From the NCBI GenBank assembly GCA_963702435.1, contig CAVPCR010000004.1, positions 416,001 to 480,000 of the forward strand: a DNA stretch of 64,000 nt, written 5' to 3'. Source of the DNA: Candidatus Eiseniibacteriota bacterium (GTDB lineage Bacteria > Eisenbacteria > RBG-16-71-46 > CAVPCR01). The position numbers and the translations under genes were made by a program. This document shows, piece after piece, positions 41,688 through 53,070 of the stretch; positions within the stretch are counted from its first letter, which is position 1; each line of letters starts with the position of its first letter. The notes beneath the pieces are model-generated. The model was not told the DNA's origin. It did no database searches and saw nothing but the letters and a program-made list of their open reading frames with translations.

Positions 41688-43045
41688 CTCCTGCCTCCGC
41701 CGCCGCGCGATCCGCCGCTCCGCGACCCCATGCTGGAAGCGCCGCGCGAGCTCGAGGCCTTGGCGCTCGATCCGCTGTAGCCCTTGGACCCGCCGCTCAC
41801 TCCGCTGCTGGCCTTGGACCCGCTGCCCGACGAGACGCTCCTGTTACCGATCTGGTCCTGGCCGGTGCTCTTTGCACCGCTGCTTGCACTGCGATTCGCG
41901 GCGCTCGCTCCTCCGCTCGCGCTCCCCCCGGCGCTGCCCTGTTGGCGGCTGGGCTGCTGGCCCGCGCTCGCCTGCTTGTTGCTCGGCGCGGTGCCGCGTG
42001 ACCCGCTGCCGTACTTGTTCGACGTGGTCTTGTCCGGGTAAGGGGTGCCGCCGCGATGCGAAGGGTCGTGCTGCCATTTGCCACCACCGGCCCCACCGGC
42101 TCCTCCGGCTCCTCCGGGGCTCCCGACGCCCCCAGCTCCGCCGGCCCCGCCGGCACCGCCCACTCCACCGGCACCGCCGGCGCCGCCGGCGTTGTTCCTG
42201 TTGAAGTTGTTGTCCACGTCGATGTAGACGTCGTTACCTCCCCACCCGCAGCCGCAGCACGAGCCGCCCCAGGCTGCTCCCATCGCGACACCGAAGGTGA
42301 AGGCCACGAAATAAGCGCCCGCAGGAGGTGGGGGTGGGTAATAGATCGGCGGATAGGGATAGACGGGCGGGCCGTAGACGACCGTGGGGCTGTAGGTCGG
42401 CACGTAGATGACCTCCGTCGTAGGTTGCACGATGATGACCGTATCCGGAGCGACCACTTTCGTTTCGACCTTCTGCTGGTCGTTGGTTTCAAGGGCGCCG
42501 TTGGCCTGGGCCTTCTTCCGCATCCGCTGCGCAGCGTCCATGACGTCGCCCTGCTGCGCAAGGAAGGCGTTTCCGAGGTCCGTGGTCCACTCGATGTCTT
42601 CCGCGAGCCGCTTCGTCACGTCGCGAAACGCCGCCATCGATTGAACGCTCGCGTCCCAGGGCTGCTTCGCGACGGCGTCGGTCAGCGCCTGGTCCTTGAG
42701 GTCGGGGTTCTTCAGCAGCCACTGGTGGAGCTGGACGATCTCGAGCGGGTACGTCGATGCAACGAGCACCTGCGCCAGGAGCGGATCGGGGTAGAGGGCG
42801 ATCGGCGCCACCAGGGCGTCGAGCTGGTCCGGGGGAATCTTCGGCGCAGGTTCTGCAGCCGGGGCGGCCGGCGCCGCTGCAGCAGGGGCGGCCGGCGCCG
42901 CCTGTTGCGTTGCCGTCTTCTCCTGCGCGAGGACCACGCCTTCACCGGGTAGAAGCAGGATCGCGCAGCAGACCGCCAGCAGATCTCGCCAGGAACCGGT
43001 CCGGGCACGGCACCAGGATCGCGATCGCGAAGTCCTTGGTTTCAT
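41684..43045 (-). CDS. DUF3300 family protein with Gly/Ser-rich tail
   Basis: QLDALVAPIALYPDPLLAQVLVASTYPLE, WDASV, LGNAFLAQQ, WQHDPSHRGG. Confidence 0.9.
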   Translation of the reverse strand: MKPRTSRSRSWCRARTGSWRDLLAVCCAILLLPGEGVVLAQEKTATQQAAPAAPAAAAPAAPAAEPAPKIPPDQLDALVAPIALYPDPLLAQVLVASTYPLEIVQLHQWLLKNPDLKDQALTDAVAKQPWDASVQSMAAFRDVTKRLAEDIEWTTDLGNAFLAQQGDVMDAAQRMRKKAQANGALETNDQQKVETKVVAPDTVIIVQPTTEVIYVPTYSPTVVYGPPVYPYPPIYYPPPPPAGAYFVAFTFGVAMGAAWGGSCCGCGWGGNDVYIDVDNNFNRNNAGGAGGAGGVGGAGGAGGAGGVGSPGGAGGAGGAGGGKWQHDPSHRGGTPYPDKTTSNKYGSGSRGTAPSNKQASAGQQPSRQQGSAGGSASGGASAANRSASSGAKSTGQDQIGNRSVSSGSGSKASSGVSGGSKGYSGSSAKASSSRGASSMGSRSGGSRGGGGRR

Positions 43046-43244
43046 GACGATGCACTCCCTCGCGCCGGGACACGCGCGAACCACGAACATTGACCGTCGT
43101 GTAGCATACGGCAGCTGGATCAAGCAGCGCAAGATCAGCTCATGGGCACCTGACGGAAGTCGCCACATCGATCCGACTCGAGTCCGGCGCCATGCGGCTG
43201 CGCTTACCGCTTGCTCTGCCGCGAGCCTGCCGGCCCTCCGGCGG

Positions 43245-44012
43245 TCAGAAGTAGACATGGAGGATCACGTTCAACGCGCCGAGCGACGACGGCGACGATT
43301 CGGAGTCGAACTGAAAGGTCATGTTTCCCTCCAGGGCGAGGCGCTCGATCAAGCCGACGCTCCCGCCGCCGATCAGGCGGATCCGGCTGATCTTCGAGTG
43401 GCGGCTATCGTAGTAGGGCTCGGCCGAGACGTACGGTACGATGGAAATGTTCCGTGGCGTGATCTCCTTCTCCGCCATCAGGCGGTACCGGAGCCGCCAC
43501 GAGAAGTCGTGGTCCTCCCCGAGGAAGCGAAGATCCGTGCGCAGCCGACTCGAGAGGAGAGCCCTGCTTCCCAGGGGCACTCGCACGTGAAACTCCAGCA
43601 GGCTTGACTGCTCGGAGTACTCCTCCCCGTCGTCGTCGAGACTGCGGCCGGTGAGGTATCCCCCGCGCAGCATCAGGGGCTTCATCTCCGCCGCCCGGGC
43701 CTCGTCCGCCAGGCGCTGCCGGATGCCATGGTACTTCTGGATCTTCCAGGCATAGTCAGCCTGCAGGATGAAAGTGCCCTCGCGGTAGTCGGTCACCTCC
43801 CGCCGCGACAGCGCGATGAACGACGAGAGCCGGACCTGCCGGGGTAGCTTCACCCAGATATCGATCTCGGGCCAGAGTTCCCAGACCATGTCCTCCGCCA
43901 GGGCGCGCCCGGGGACGAAGAGACAGGCGGCGACGAACAGGAGCCCGACCAGACGGCGGACGGACGCTCGGGCACCCTGCGGCCACCGCGGCCGTCCGAG
44001 CGGCCTGGACAT
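43245..44012 (-). CDS. DUF2490-like outer-membrane protein
   Basis: Signal peptide, ELWPEID, RLRTDLR, WRLRYRL, PYVSAEPYYD, terminal YF. Confidence 0.7.
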   Translation of the reverse strand: MSRPLGRPRWPQGARASVRRLVGLLFVAACLFVPGRALAEDMVWELWPEIDIWVKLPRQVRLSSFIALSRREVTDYREGTFILQADYAWKIQKYHGIRQRLADEARAAEMKPLMLRGGYLTGRSLDDDGEEYSEQSSLLEFHVRVPLGSRALLSSRLRTDLRFLGEDHDFSWRLRYRLMAEKEITPRNISIVPYVSAEPYYDSRHSKISRIRLIGGGSVGLIERLALEGNMTFQFDSESSPSSLGALNVILHVYF

Positions 44013-44044
44013 GGTACCTGTCCTCCGCGTGGCGGCGATGCGCC

Positions 44045-44443
44045 TCAGCAAGCGAGGCCGTCGTCGGCATCGCCACTGGAGCGGTTGCCGCCGGTCGCGC
44101 GGAGCGGCGGGCCGTTCCGTCTCGGATCGCGCGCCCGTTCGATCCGCTCCATGCCCTGAGTGGCGGCCACGTGGTCGAAGCGGATCTCGGGCGGGGCGCT
44201 CGAGAGCTCGATGGCGCCGAGAATGCGATGGTAGGACTCCGAGCGGAGGTGCGCATCGAGCGCCTCCTCGGATTCCCAGCTCTCGACGAGCACGAGGACC
44301 GGCTCCCTCGCATGCTCCTCGTAGATGTGGCAGCCTGCGCAACCGGGCTGGGCGAGCACCGGACCCTGAACGCTTCGCAAGACCTCCAGCACCTCGGCAT
44401 ATCTATCCGGCGGCGGCAGGATGCGGTGGGTTGCGATGATCAT
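44045..44443 (-). CDS. ABM-fold protein, paralogue of 34692-35063
   Basis: GPVLAQPGCAGCHIY...ESWESEEALDAHLRSESY. Confidence 0.82.
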   Translation of the reverse strand: MIIATHRILPPPDRYAEVLEVLRSVQGPVLAQPGCAGCHIYEEHAREPVLVLVESWESEEALDAHLRSESYHRILGAIELSSAPPEIRFDHVAATQGMERIERARDPRRNGPPLRATGGNRSSGDADDGLAC

Positions 44444-44540
44444 GGCTTGCCCCAGGCGCGCGCAATCTGCCCGCCGGGTTCGATCCTCCGTTGATCGGAC
44501 TCCACTCCTTCTTTCCTCGGAAACTGCGGGAATCCCATCA

Positions 44541-45956
44541 CTAGAACTCCTCCGGGGCCGCTTGCACCTTGCCCTGCCGGACCGCGCGGTCGAGGGCGGC
44601 GTGGTCCCTCTCGTTCTGATCGGCATAGGCCACCGCGAAATTCGCGACGGCCTTGTCGAAGACGTCGCTCCTGCCCATGTACCCGCTGAGCATGGCGGAT
44701 GAACCGGAGCGGGCGTGGGAGAGCGCGAGCGCCCTGCCGCACCAGGTGGCGTAGAGGTCCATCTCGGGAGCGCCGAAGGTCTCGACCCGGATGCTGATCT
44801 TGATGTCTCGTAGCTGGCGGATGAAGTAGTGGCGCTGATCGCGGGCACTCACGGTCCACCCGAGGAACATGTCGCTCGCGGGCTGCATGAGCCGGTAGCC
44901 GTGCACGACGCGCTGGCCGTGGTTGGGGAGGGCGCTCGCACCGGCGTACGCTTCCAGCACGGAGGGGCGCGCCTCCTTGACCTGGAGGAAGAGGGGATCC
45001 CCCTCGCCGGCCATGAAGAGGATGACCCAGCATGCGGTCCCGACGCTCCCGATCCCCACTACCTTGACGGCGGCGTCCTTCATCTCGTAGCGGTCGAGCA
45101 GGGACTGGTACGAGGTGGCCAGGGTGGCTCGATACGCGGCGAGCGACTCCCTCATGACTGGCGGAATCTCGCCCGCGGTATGGCCCTCGATATGGAAGAT
45201 CGTGGGCAGCTCGTCCTTGATGACGGGCGTACCGCCCTTGTGCTCCACCAGTTCCGGAAAGATGTCCTCGGCGATGCTGCGCCCCCGCTCCTTCTGCAGG
45301 CGCTTCAAGCCCCGCCGGCGGAGGGCGGGGTCCTTGATGCTCGCCACCAGGTCATCCACCGCGATGGCGAAGTACCATAGCTCGAGCGTCTTCATCCGGC
45401 TGAACTCGGCCATGGATTGGCGATAGGTGCGGACGCAGGCCCTGACCACATCCTTGGCCACGGCATCGCGCAGACCGTTGTCCCGGCTCGCGACGACGAA
45501 GCTCGCGGCGAGGCGTTTGAGATCCCACTCCCACGGCGCCAGCAGTGTCTCGTCGAGGTCGTTGATGGAGAAGATGACTCGTCGCTCCGGCGTCGCGAAT
45601 CCGCCGAAGTTGCACAGGTGAGCGTCACCGCAGCACTGGATGCGGACCCCGGTGGACGGCGTGGATGCGAGGTCGGACGCCATCGTAAGGGCCGCTCCCC
45701 GGTAGAAGGTGAAGGCGGAGCGCACCATGCGCCCGTGGCGGAGGGGGAGGAGGTCGGGAAGGCGTCCCTCCTCCGCCGCGAGGACCATCTCGACCGCGTC
45801 CCGCCGGTCGGCGGGAGGCTTCCAGACGGAGTGCACGGTCCGCGGGCAGGTCGTCCGCAGGGCCTTCCCCGCGGCATATTGCTCCGCAGGTGACCGATGC
45901 CGGACGGGAACCGTCGGGTCGGCGCCGTCCGGACCCCGCTCGTTCGGAGATGTCAC
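44541..45956 (-). CDS. DUF2252 family protein (kinase-like)
   Basis: RHGRMVRSAFTFYRG, CGDAHLCNFG, NDLDE, PWEWDLKRL, KVVGIGSVGT, FLQVKEA, LALSHARSG. Confidence 0.92.
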   Translation of the reverse strand: MTSPNERGPDGADPTVPVRHRSPAEQYAAGKALRTTCPRTVHSVWKPPADRRDAVEMVLAAEEGRLPDLLPLRHGRMVRSAFTFYRGAALTMASDLASTPSTGVRIQCCGDAHLCNFGGFATPERRVIFSINDLDETLLAPWEWDLKRLAASFVVASRDNGLRDAVAKDVVRACVRTYRQSMAEFSRMKTLELWYFAIAVDDLVASIKDPALRRRGLKRLQKERGRSIAEDIFPELVEHKGGTPVIKDELPTIFHIEGHTAGEIPPVMRESLAAYRATLATSYQSLLDRYEMKDAAVKVVGIGSVGTACWVILFMAGEGDPLFLQVKEARPSVLEAYAGASALPNHGQRVVHGYRLMQPASDMFLGWTVSARDQRHYFIRQLRDIKISIRVETFGAPEMDLYATWCGRALALSHARSGSSAMLSGYMGRSDVFDKAVANFAVAYADQNERDHAALDRAVRQGKVQAAPEEF

Positions 45957-46004
45957 TGGATTGCTCCTTTCCTATCAGGCATCGAAGCGCTGTCATCCGC
46001 AAGG

Positions 46005-46020
46005 GCACGATACGTACCAG
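46005..46020 (-). promoter_or_regulatory. Sigma-54 -24/-12 promoter
   Basis: CTGGTACGTATCGTGC with GG-N10-GC spacing, about 50 nt upstream of the DUF2252 start. Confidence 0.6.
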
Positions 46021-46155
46021 GGCGCACATGGACGGTGACGAGACTGGTAAAACGTTAGATGTCAAGGAGTTGGAGGTCGGCGAGGGGGGTGACGAAGGGG
46101 AGGGAGACGCGACGAACGGACGGATCCGGGTCGACATGTCGTCCCTTCTCGTGCT

Positions 46156-48216
<2,061 letters not shown>

Positions 48217-48390
48217 ACATCCATAGTATACCTTGATGCGCGGTGCCCCGCCGGGTCGGCCGCCCGCGGGCGGGACGGGCCCCCCGCCGAACGACGCGAC
48301 GATCGCCACCGAATCAGCCGCCGGACCGATGGCCCGATAAGCGCCGGATGTGGCAGTATGGCCCGGGTGCCCGGGAGGAGAGGAGGGATG

Positions 48391-48786
48391 ATGAGCGAAG
48401 AAAGTGGACGCCGGATCGCCGACGTGGGCACGCAGCTGGCGCTCGATCGGAGCTTCCTTGCCGTCGAGCGGACCCTCATGGCATGGATCCGCACAGCGCT
48501 CGCCATGATCAGCTTCGGTTTCACCATCGGCAAGATCGGACAGGCTCTTGAAGGCGGTGAGTTCAGGACCGTTCTGGGTCGCGAGCGCAGCACCGAGAGC
48601 ATCGCCTACTTCCTCGTCATTCTCGGCACCGGAGCCATGCTGGGAGCCGCCGTGCAGTATCGTCTGCGTCTCGGCGAGCTCAAGAAGATGGGCCTCGAGC
48701 GCGGGCGGAGCATGGCGTTCGTCGTCGCGATCCTGCTCAGCCTGATCGGGGTCATGTCGTTCTCCGCGCTGGTCATGGAGCTCTGA
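48391..48786 (+). CDS. DUF202 / YidH family membrane protein
   Basis: LAVERTLMAWIRTALAMISFGF; AGGAGG RBS. Confidence 0.88.
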   Translation: MSEESGRRIADVGTQLALDRSFLAVERTLMAWIRTALAMISFGFTIGKIGQALEGGEFRTVLGRERSTESIAYFLVILGTGAMLGAAVQYRLRLGELKKMGLERGRSMAFVVAILLSLIGVMSFSALVMEL

Positions 48787-48794
48787 GCCGACGG

Positions 48795-49536
48795 ATGGCA
48801 CTGCCGGGCTGGTTGAACATGGCGCCGCTCTGCGCGGCCCTGGTGCTGGCTGCGGTGTACGTCTTCGGTCCGCATGTCTGCCCGTACGAGAGGCGGTTCC
48901 CGCGCCGCACGCTCTCGCTGGCCGCAGGCGTGTCGCTGTCCTACGTCTTTCTCGACGTGCTGCCCGAGCTGGCGGCGCGACATCGTACCTTCTTGGAGTC
49001 GGCGGGGCCGTTGCGCTTCAGCGATCAGCGGATCTACCTGGTTGCCATGGCCGGGTTCGTGTTCCTCTACGGTCTGGAGCACATGGTCCTCGCCGCCCGA
49101 GCGGAAGGCCGGCTCGAGAAGGGGCGCGAGGCGAGGAGTCCCGTCTTCTGGTCCCACATCGGCGGCTTCGCGCTCTACGGGTGGATCATCGGCGATGCCC
49201 TCGTGAGCCGGGGAGAAGGGTCGGGTTTCTCTCCTCTCTTACACCGTCGCCATGGGTCTCCATCTCCTCGTGGTCGCGAGTGCGCTGGCGCGAGAGCATG
49301 GCCGCGCCTACCTCTCGGCAGGGCGCTGGGTGCTGGCGGCGAGCGTTGTCGCCGGCTGGCTGCTGGCGGTCCTCGCGCCGCTGTCCGCGGTGTGGGGAGC
49401 GCGTCTCTTCGCGTTCGTGGCCGGGGGAGTGCTGATGACGAGCGCGAACGAGGAGCTGCCCAAGGAGAAGGGTGGTCGATTCAGCTGGTTCCTGCTCGGG
49501 GCAGTCGTTTACGCGGTGCTCTTGCTGCTCGCCTGA
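48795..49536 (+). CDS. Multi-pass membrane protein (ZIP-like) with an apparent frameshift near 49235
   Basis: SLAAGVSLSYVFLDVLPEL...FLYGLEH in one frame, then YTVAMGLH...AFVAGGVLMTSANEELP in another. Confidence 0.7.
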
Positions 49537-49622
49537 TTGCAGTCGCCGTCGAGCGCACCATCGCTCGATTCAGATACGTCAGGGTGCCGAAGGTCCCAGC
49601 TGCCGCAACCGCGACGTGGAAT

Positions 49623-50570
49623 TCAGCGCGGCCCCGACTCGCCGCCCGTGAACCACACGTACTGCCAGGCTGCAGTGATCGTCCCGAAGTTCTGGCCGAC
49701 CCGGACCGCGGCCCCCTTGCTGTAGCTCACCTTGAGCGACTGGCGTGCGGCGAGCGGAAGCGAGGCTGTGACACCGGCGCGGGCGTTGTTCTGCCGGCTT
49801 GCCGGAGGGCCGCCGTCCATGCTGACTTCGCCGCCCTGGTACCAGGTGACATCCCCCGCAAACCAGAGTCCCGGGCGGAGGAAGTAGCAGACGTGCGCCT
49901 GGAACGAGGTCAACGGGTCCTGCTCCAGCGTGCTGTTGCCGGGGAAGAACTCGGGATTCTCGGTGAAGAGCCAGACGCCCAGCGCTCCATCGAGCTCCCA
50001 GGCCCCGTGGAACCAGGCCAGGCCGACCTCCGGCTTGAAGGCCCAGCGATTGGTGCCGATGTTGATCAGCTTCTCGTTGTCGAACTCCCCGATGGGCACA
50101 TTGACGAGGACGCTGGTGCCGACGACGAAATCTCGCTTCGCCGCCGCGAATTCCCGCGGCGTCTGCGCGGGATTCCCGACCAGGTTGATGGAGAAGCGCG
50201 TCCTGATATCCCCAAACCCCGAGCGGGTGGTTCGCCGTTCCTCTCCCTCGAGCCGCCCCTCGGCGCTGCCCCAGACGTAGGGCAGCGCGGCCGTGGCTTG
50301 CGCCTGCCTCCCGAACAGGCCGAACGTCCTGCCGTAACCGGCCGCCGGCGTGTTGAACGCGCCGTCCACGTCCTCGAGGGGAAGGCTCGGGTCGAGGATG
50401 ATGTCGCCCCACATATGGCCGAAGGCGATCTGAAGGAAGTTGGCGCCGACGGGGGAGGGGGAGTAGGAGCGCGGCTCGAGCTCCTGGGCGTGGGTGGGGA
50501 GGGCCGGCGCGGTCAGGGCGATGCACGCCAGCGCAACGCCAGCGACGGCGGGGAGGCGGCAATGGACCAT
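49623..50570 (-). CDS. Outer-membrane 'transporter' (phenol MetA-deg-like beta-barrel)
   Basis: AQELEPRSYSPSPVG, SGFGD, KLINIGTNRWAFKPEVG, WQYVWF. Start codon uncertain. Confidence 0.82.
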   Translation of the reverse strand: MVHCRLPAVAGVALACIALTAPALPTHAQELEPRSYSPSPVGANFLQIAFGHMWGDIILDPSLPLEDVDGAFNTPAAGYGRTFGLFGRQAQATAALPYVWGSAEGRLEGEERRTTRSGFGDIRTRFSINLVGNPAQTPREFAAAKRDFVVGTSVLVNVPIGEFDNEKLINIGTNRWAFKPEVGLAWFHGAWELDGALGVWLFTENPEFFPGNSTLEQDPLTSFQAHVCYFLRPGLWFAGDVTWYQGGEVSMDGGPPASRQNNARAGVTASLPLAARQSLKVSYSKGAAVRVGQNFGTITAAWQYVWFTGGESGPR

Positions 50571-50604
50571 CACGATCGGACCATGGCGAAGCACCAGCGC
50601 CCAG

Positions 50605-50817
50605 TGAACCGCTCCGGGTTTGCCGGAGGCTCCATTCCTTGAGAGGATGGGGTCATGGGACGATCCAGCAGATTCTCACCTGAGGTCCGGGAGCGAGCGG
50701 TGCGGATGGTCTTCGAGCACGAGAGCGAGCATGGTTCCCAGTGGGCGGCCATGTGCTCGATCGCAGAGAAGATCGGCTGCACCGCCGAGACGCTGCGGAA
50801 GTGGGTCCGGCAGGCCG
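50605..50817 (+). mobile_element. IS3-family remnant: left end plus truncated OrfA
   Basis: TGAACCGCTCCGGGTTTGCCGGAGGC end; [19 protein letters not shown]...[15 protein letters not shown], then breaks off. Confidence 0.88.
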
Positions 50818-50990
50818 CGGCGGCGGGGTTTACTCGTACTTCGACAATGCACTGACCATCACGAGCACGGTCATCGCGTTCAGCACCTGGGGTCCGGCAG
50901 TTCAATGTGAACTAGGCGGGACCGCGGCACTTTCGTGCAGCGATGTCTTCGGCAACACCGGTGGTGATTGGGTGGATTGCATCGAGGGGC
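50818..50990 (+). pseudogene. Internal fragment of a right-handed beta-helix protein
   Basis: [18 protein letters not shown].....LSCSDVFGNTGGDWVDCI. Confidence 0.55.
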
Positions 50991-51021
50991 ACTCGCCGCG
51001 GCCGTGGCGATCGCCGCAAAG

Positions 51022-52834
51022 TTCCTTTCGTCAATAGCCTGGGAGGAGGAGGAGAACGGGGAGCCAAGCCGCGCGCGCGACCGACCGGGAGGCGTCCGCG
51101 GCGTGGCGTGACCGGCGACTGCGCGTCGTGGCCCGACGTTGCCGCGGGGTGGCCGCGGCCGCCGCACCGCGAAGCGGCCCCGCCGAGCGACACCCGATCC
51201 CGCAGGGCGCGCCTCTCCCCTCGCGCAACCGATCCTCATCGGCAGCACCCCCAACCGCGCGCTGGCCGCGGCCGGCCGGGCTAGCCGCACCCCGCCGGGC
51301 CGGCGTCCCCCGCCACCGCATTGCTCCCCACCACCTCCGCCCACGGGCCGGCCCGCGCGTCGTAGGCAGCGCGGCGGAGGTGGCGGAGGATGGCGTCGAT
51401 CACCGGTGGATCGAGGAGGAAGGCGATGATCCGCATCTCGCCCCCGCACCGCGGGCAACTCAGCGGATCGACCTCGTAGAGGCGACGGAGGAGCTCCGCC
51501 CAGCGCTTCCTGAGCGCGGCCCGCGATGGGGATAGCGGTTCCGGAGGTGGCACCACCGGGTCACCGCCAGGATCAGCGTTGGCATCGCGGGGTGCACCCG
51601 GTGGCTCGTCCTCCGCGTCCCCCTCGCCGCGCTGCCGCTCGACCCAGGGGCCGATCCCTTGCCGGCGCCAGGTGCCGCGGGTTCGACTCACATACGCGCC
51701 GTAGTAGCGCATGAGGTGTTCGCCCTGGCGCGGGATGTGGGTGAGGAGCTGGGCAAGGAAGTCGAGAGGAGCGAAGGCATGCGTCCCGGCGGTGGGCCCT
51801 TCGGCCTTGTCGGAGGCAACCAGGACCTGCGGCTTTGCAGCGTCGTAGGTGATGCGGGTGAGGGCGAGGGGAGCGCGGGCTGCGTAGCGAGCGAGCGGCA
51901 AGAGGCCGCCGAGGTCATCCCCATCGAGCCGCACGGCGTTGTGGACATGGAAGCCGGAGTGGGGCCAGGCGCGCATGGAGGCGGCCACCTCGGCGCTGAA
52001 CAGGCCGCGCTGGACGAAGGCGCGGAGCACGGCGCGGCGGAAAGCCTCGGTCAGCACCGCGAGCGAGTGAACACCGAGCGGCACGAACGTGCCGTCGGGA
52101 CGAAAGGCGCCGTCGGTGGCGAGCACGTGCAGGTGGGGATGCCAGTTGGCGAGCGTGCCATGGGTCTGGATCGAGGAGATGACGCCGGGCGAGACGTCAT
52201 CCGCGCCGAGGGTGGCGCGCATGAAGTCGCGCAGGGTGTCGTAGGCGACACGGCTCAACAGCCCGAGCAGGCGGCGGTCGTAGAGGAAGTAGGGTCGCAG
52301 GCGCTTGGGGACGGTGAAGACGTACTGCCGATGCGGGATCGGCAGCAGGAGCTCGCGCTCGAGCCAGTCGCACCAGAGGGCCAGGCGCTTGGCGTGGCAG
52401 GACGGACAGAAGTAGCGGCACTTGCAGCTGAAGGCAAGCAGGAACTCGGCCCCGCAGTCGCCGCAACGCACCCGCGCGAAGCCCGGCTCGAGCAAGCCGC
52501 AATCGAGAAACTTCTCGACCACCGCGCGCATGACCGGCCGCCACCGACCGTAGCGCGGCTCGTAGCGCTCCTCCCATGCCGTGGCCACCCGCTCGAAGTG
52601 CTCCTCGATCAGCCGGTAGAGCGGCGAGGCCTGGGGACGGCGCGGCCGGTAGACACCGGTGCGGGCGCCGGTAGCGGACAGACGGGTGCCCGCGGCCCGC
52701 GTCTTCGGGTCGTTGCCGAGAGATGCGACCACGCCCCCGGGACCGGATCACGATCGATGCCAGGACGATCGGGGCGGGAGTCAGCGGCTTCCCCCGGTCA
52801 GCGGCCGAACCCCCGGCAACGAGGTTCACGGAAG
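51022..52834 (-). mobile_element. IS91/ISCR-like copy 5: inverted, intact ORF, ori end clipped
   Basis: Reads ...ggctattgacgaaaggaa|ctttgcgg, lacking ATTCCTATCCCT. Confidence 0.9.
51281..52732 (-). CDS. IS91/ISCR-family HUH transposase, 483 aa
   Basis: Same motifs as 20411-21862 with a few substitutions. Confidence 0.95.
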   Translation of the reverse strand: MVASLGNDPKTRAAGTRLSATGARTGVYRPRRPQASPLYRLIEEHFERVATAWEERYEPRYGRWRPVMRAVVEKFLDCGLLEPGFARVRCGDCGAEFLLAFSCKCRYFCPSCHAKRLALWCDWLERELLLPIPHRQYVFTVPKRLRPYFLYDRRLLGLLSRVAYDTLRDFMRATLGADDVSPGVISSIQTHGTLANWHPHLHVLATDGAFRPDGTFVPLGVHSLAVLTEAFRRAVLRAFVQRGLFSAEVAASMRAWPHSGFHVHNAVRLDGDDLGGLLPLARYAARAPLALTRITYDAAKPQVLVASDKAEGPTAGTHAFAPLDFLAQLLTHIPRQGEHLMRYYGAYVSRTRGTWRRQGIGPWVERQRGEGDAEDEPPGAPRDANADPGGDPVVPPPEPLSPSRAALRKRWAELLRRLYEVDPLSCPRCGGEMRIIAFLLDPPVIDAILRHLRRAAYDARAGPWAEVVGSNAVAGDAGPAGCG

Positions 52835-53070
52835 TGACTTCTGTGGGATCAGGCAGCGATTGCGCCCGCCGGTGCCGATAGCGCGATAGAATGCCGCTCA
52901 GGTCCCCGGCTCGCTATCGGACCCCCGTGTCGCGAATGAGAATCGCGTAACCTCCTGGAGAGGGGCCCTGCGGAGAGAGAGCGTCGTGTCCACGCCGGTG
53001 GCCTTCCCGGCTGAGGCGCGCCGGGTCGCCGGTGAAACGAGCTCAGGTGCGCAGAGGGAGAGCGGAACGC

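Noticed and set aside
42085..42190. 9-bp-period repeat
   Set aside because: It encodes the GGA/GGV low-complexity tail of DUF3300, an ordinary coding repeat.
48795..50642. 615-aa ORF in the track
   Set aside because: It is an artefact of the frameshift near 49235 running antisense through the next gene.
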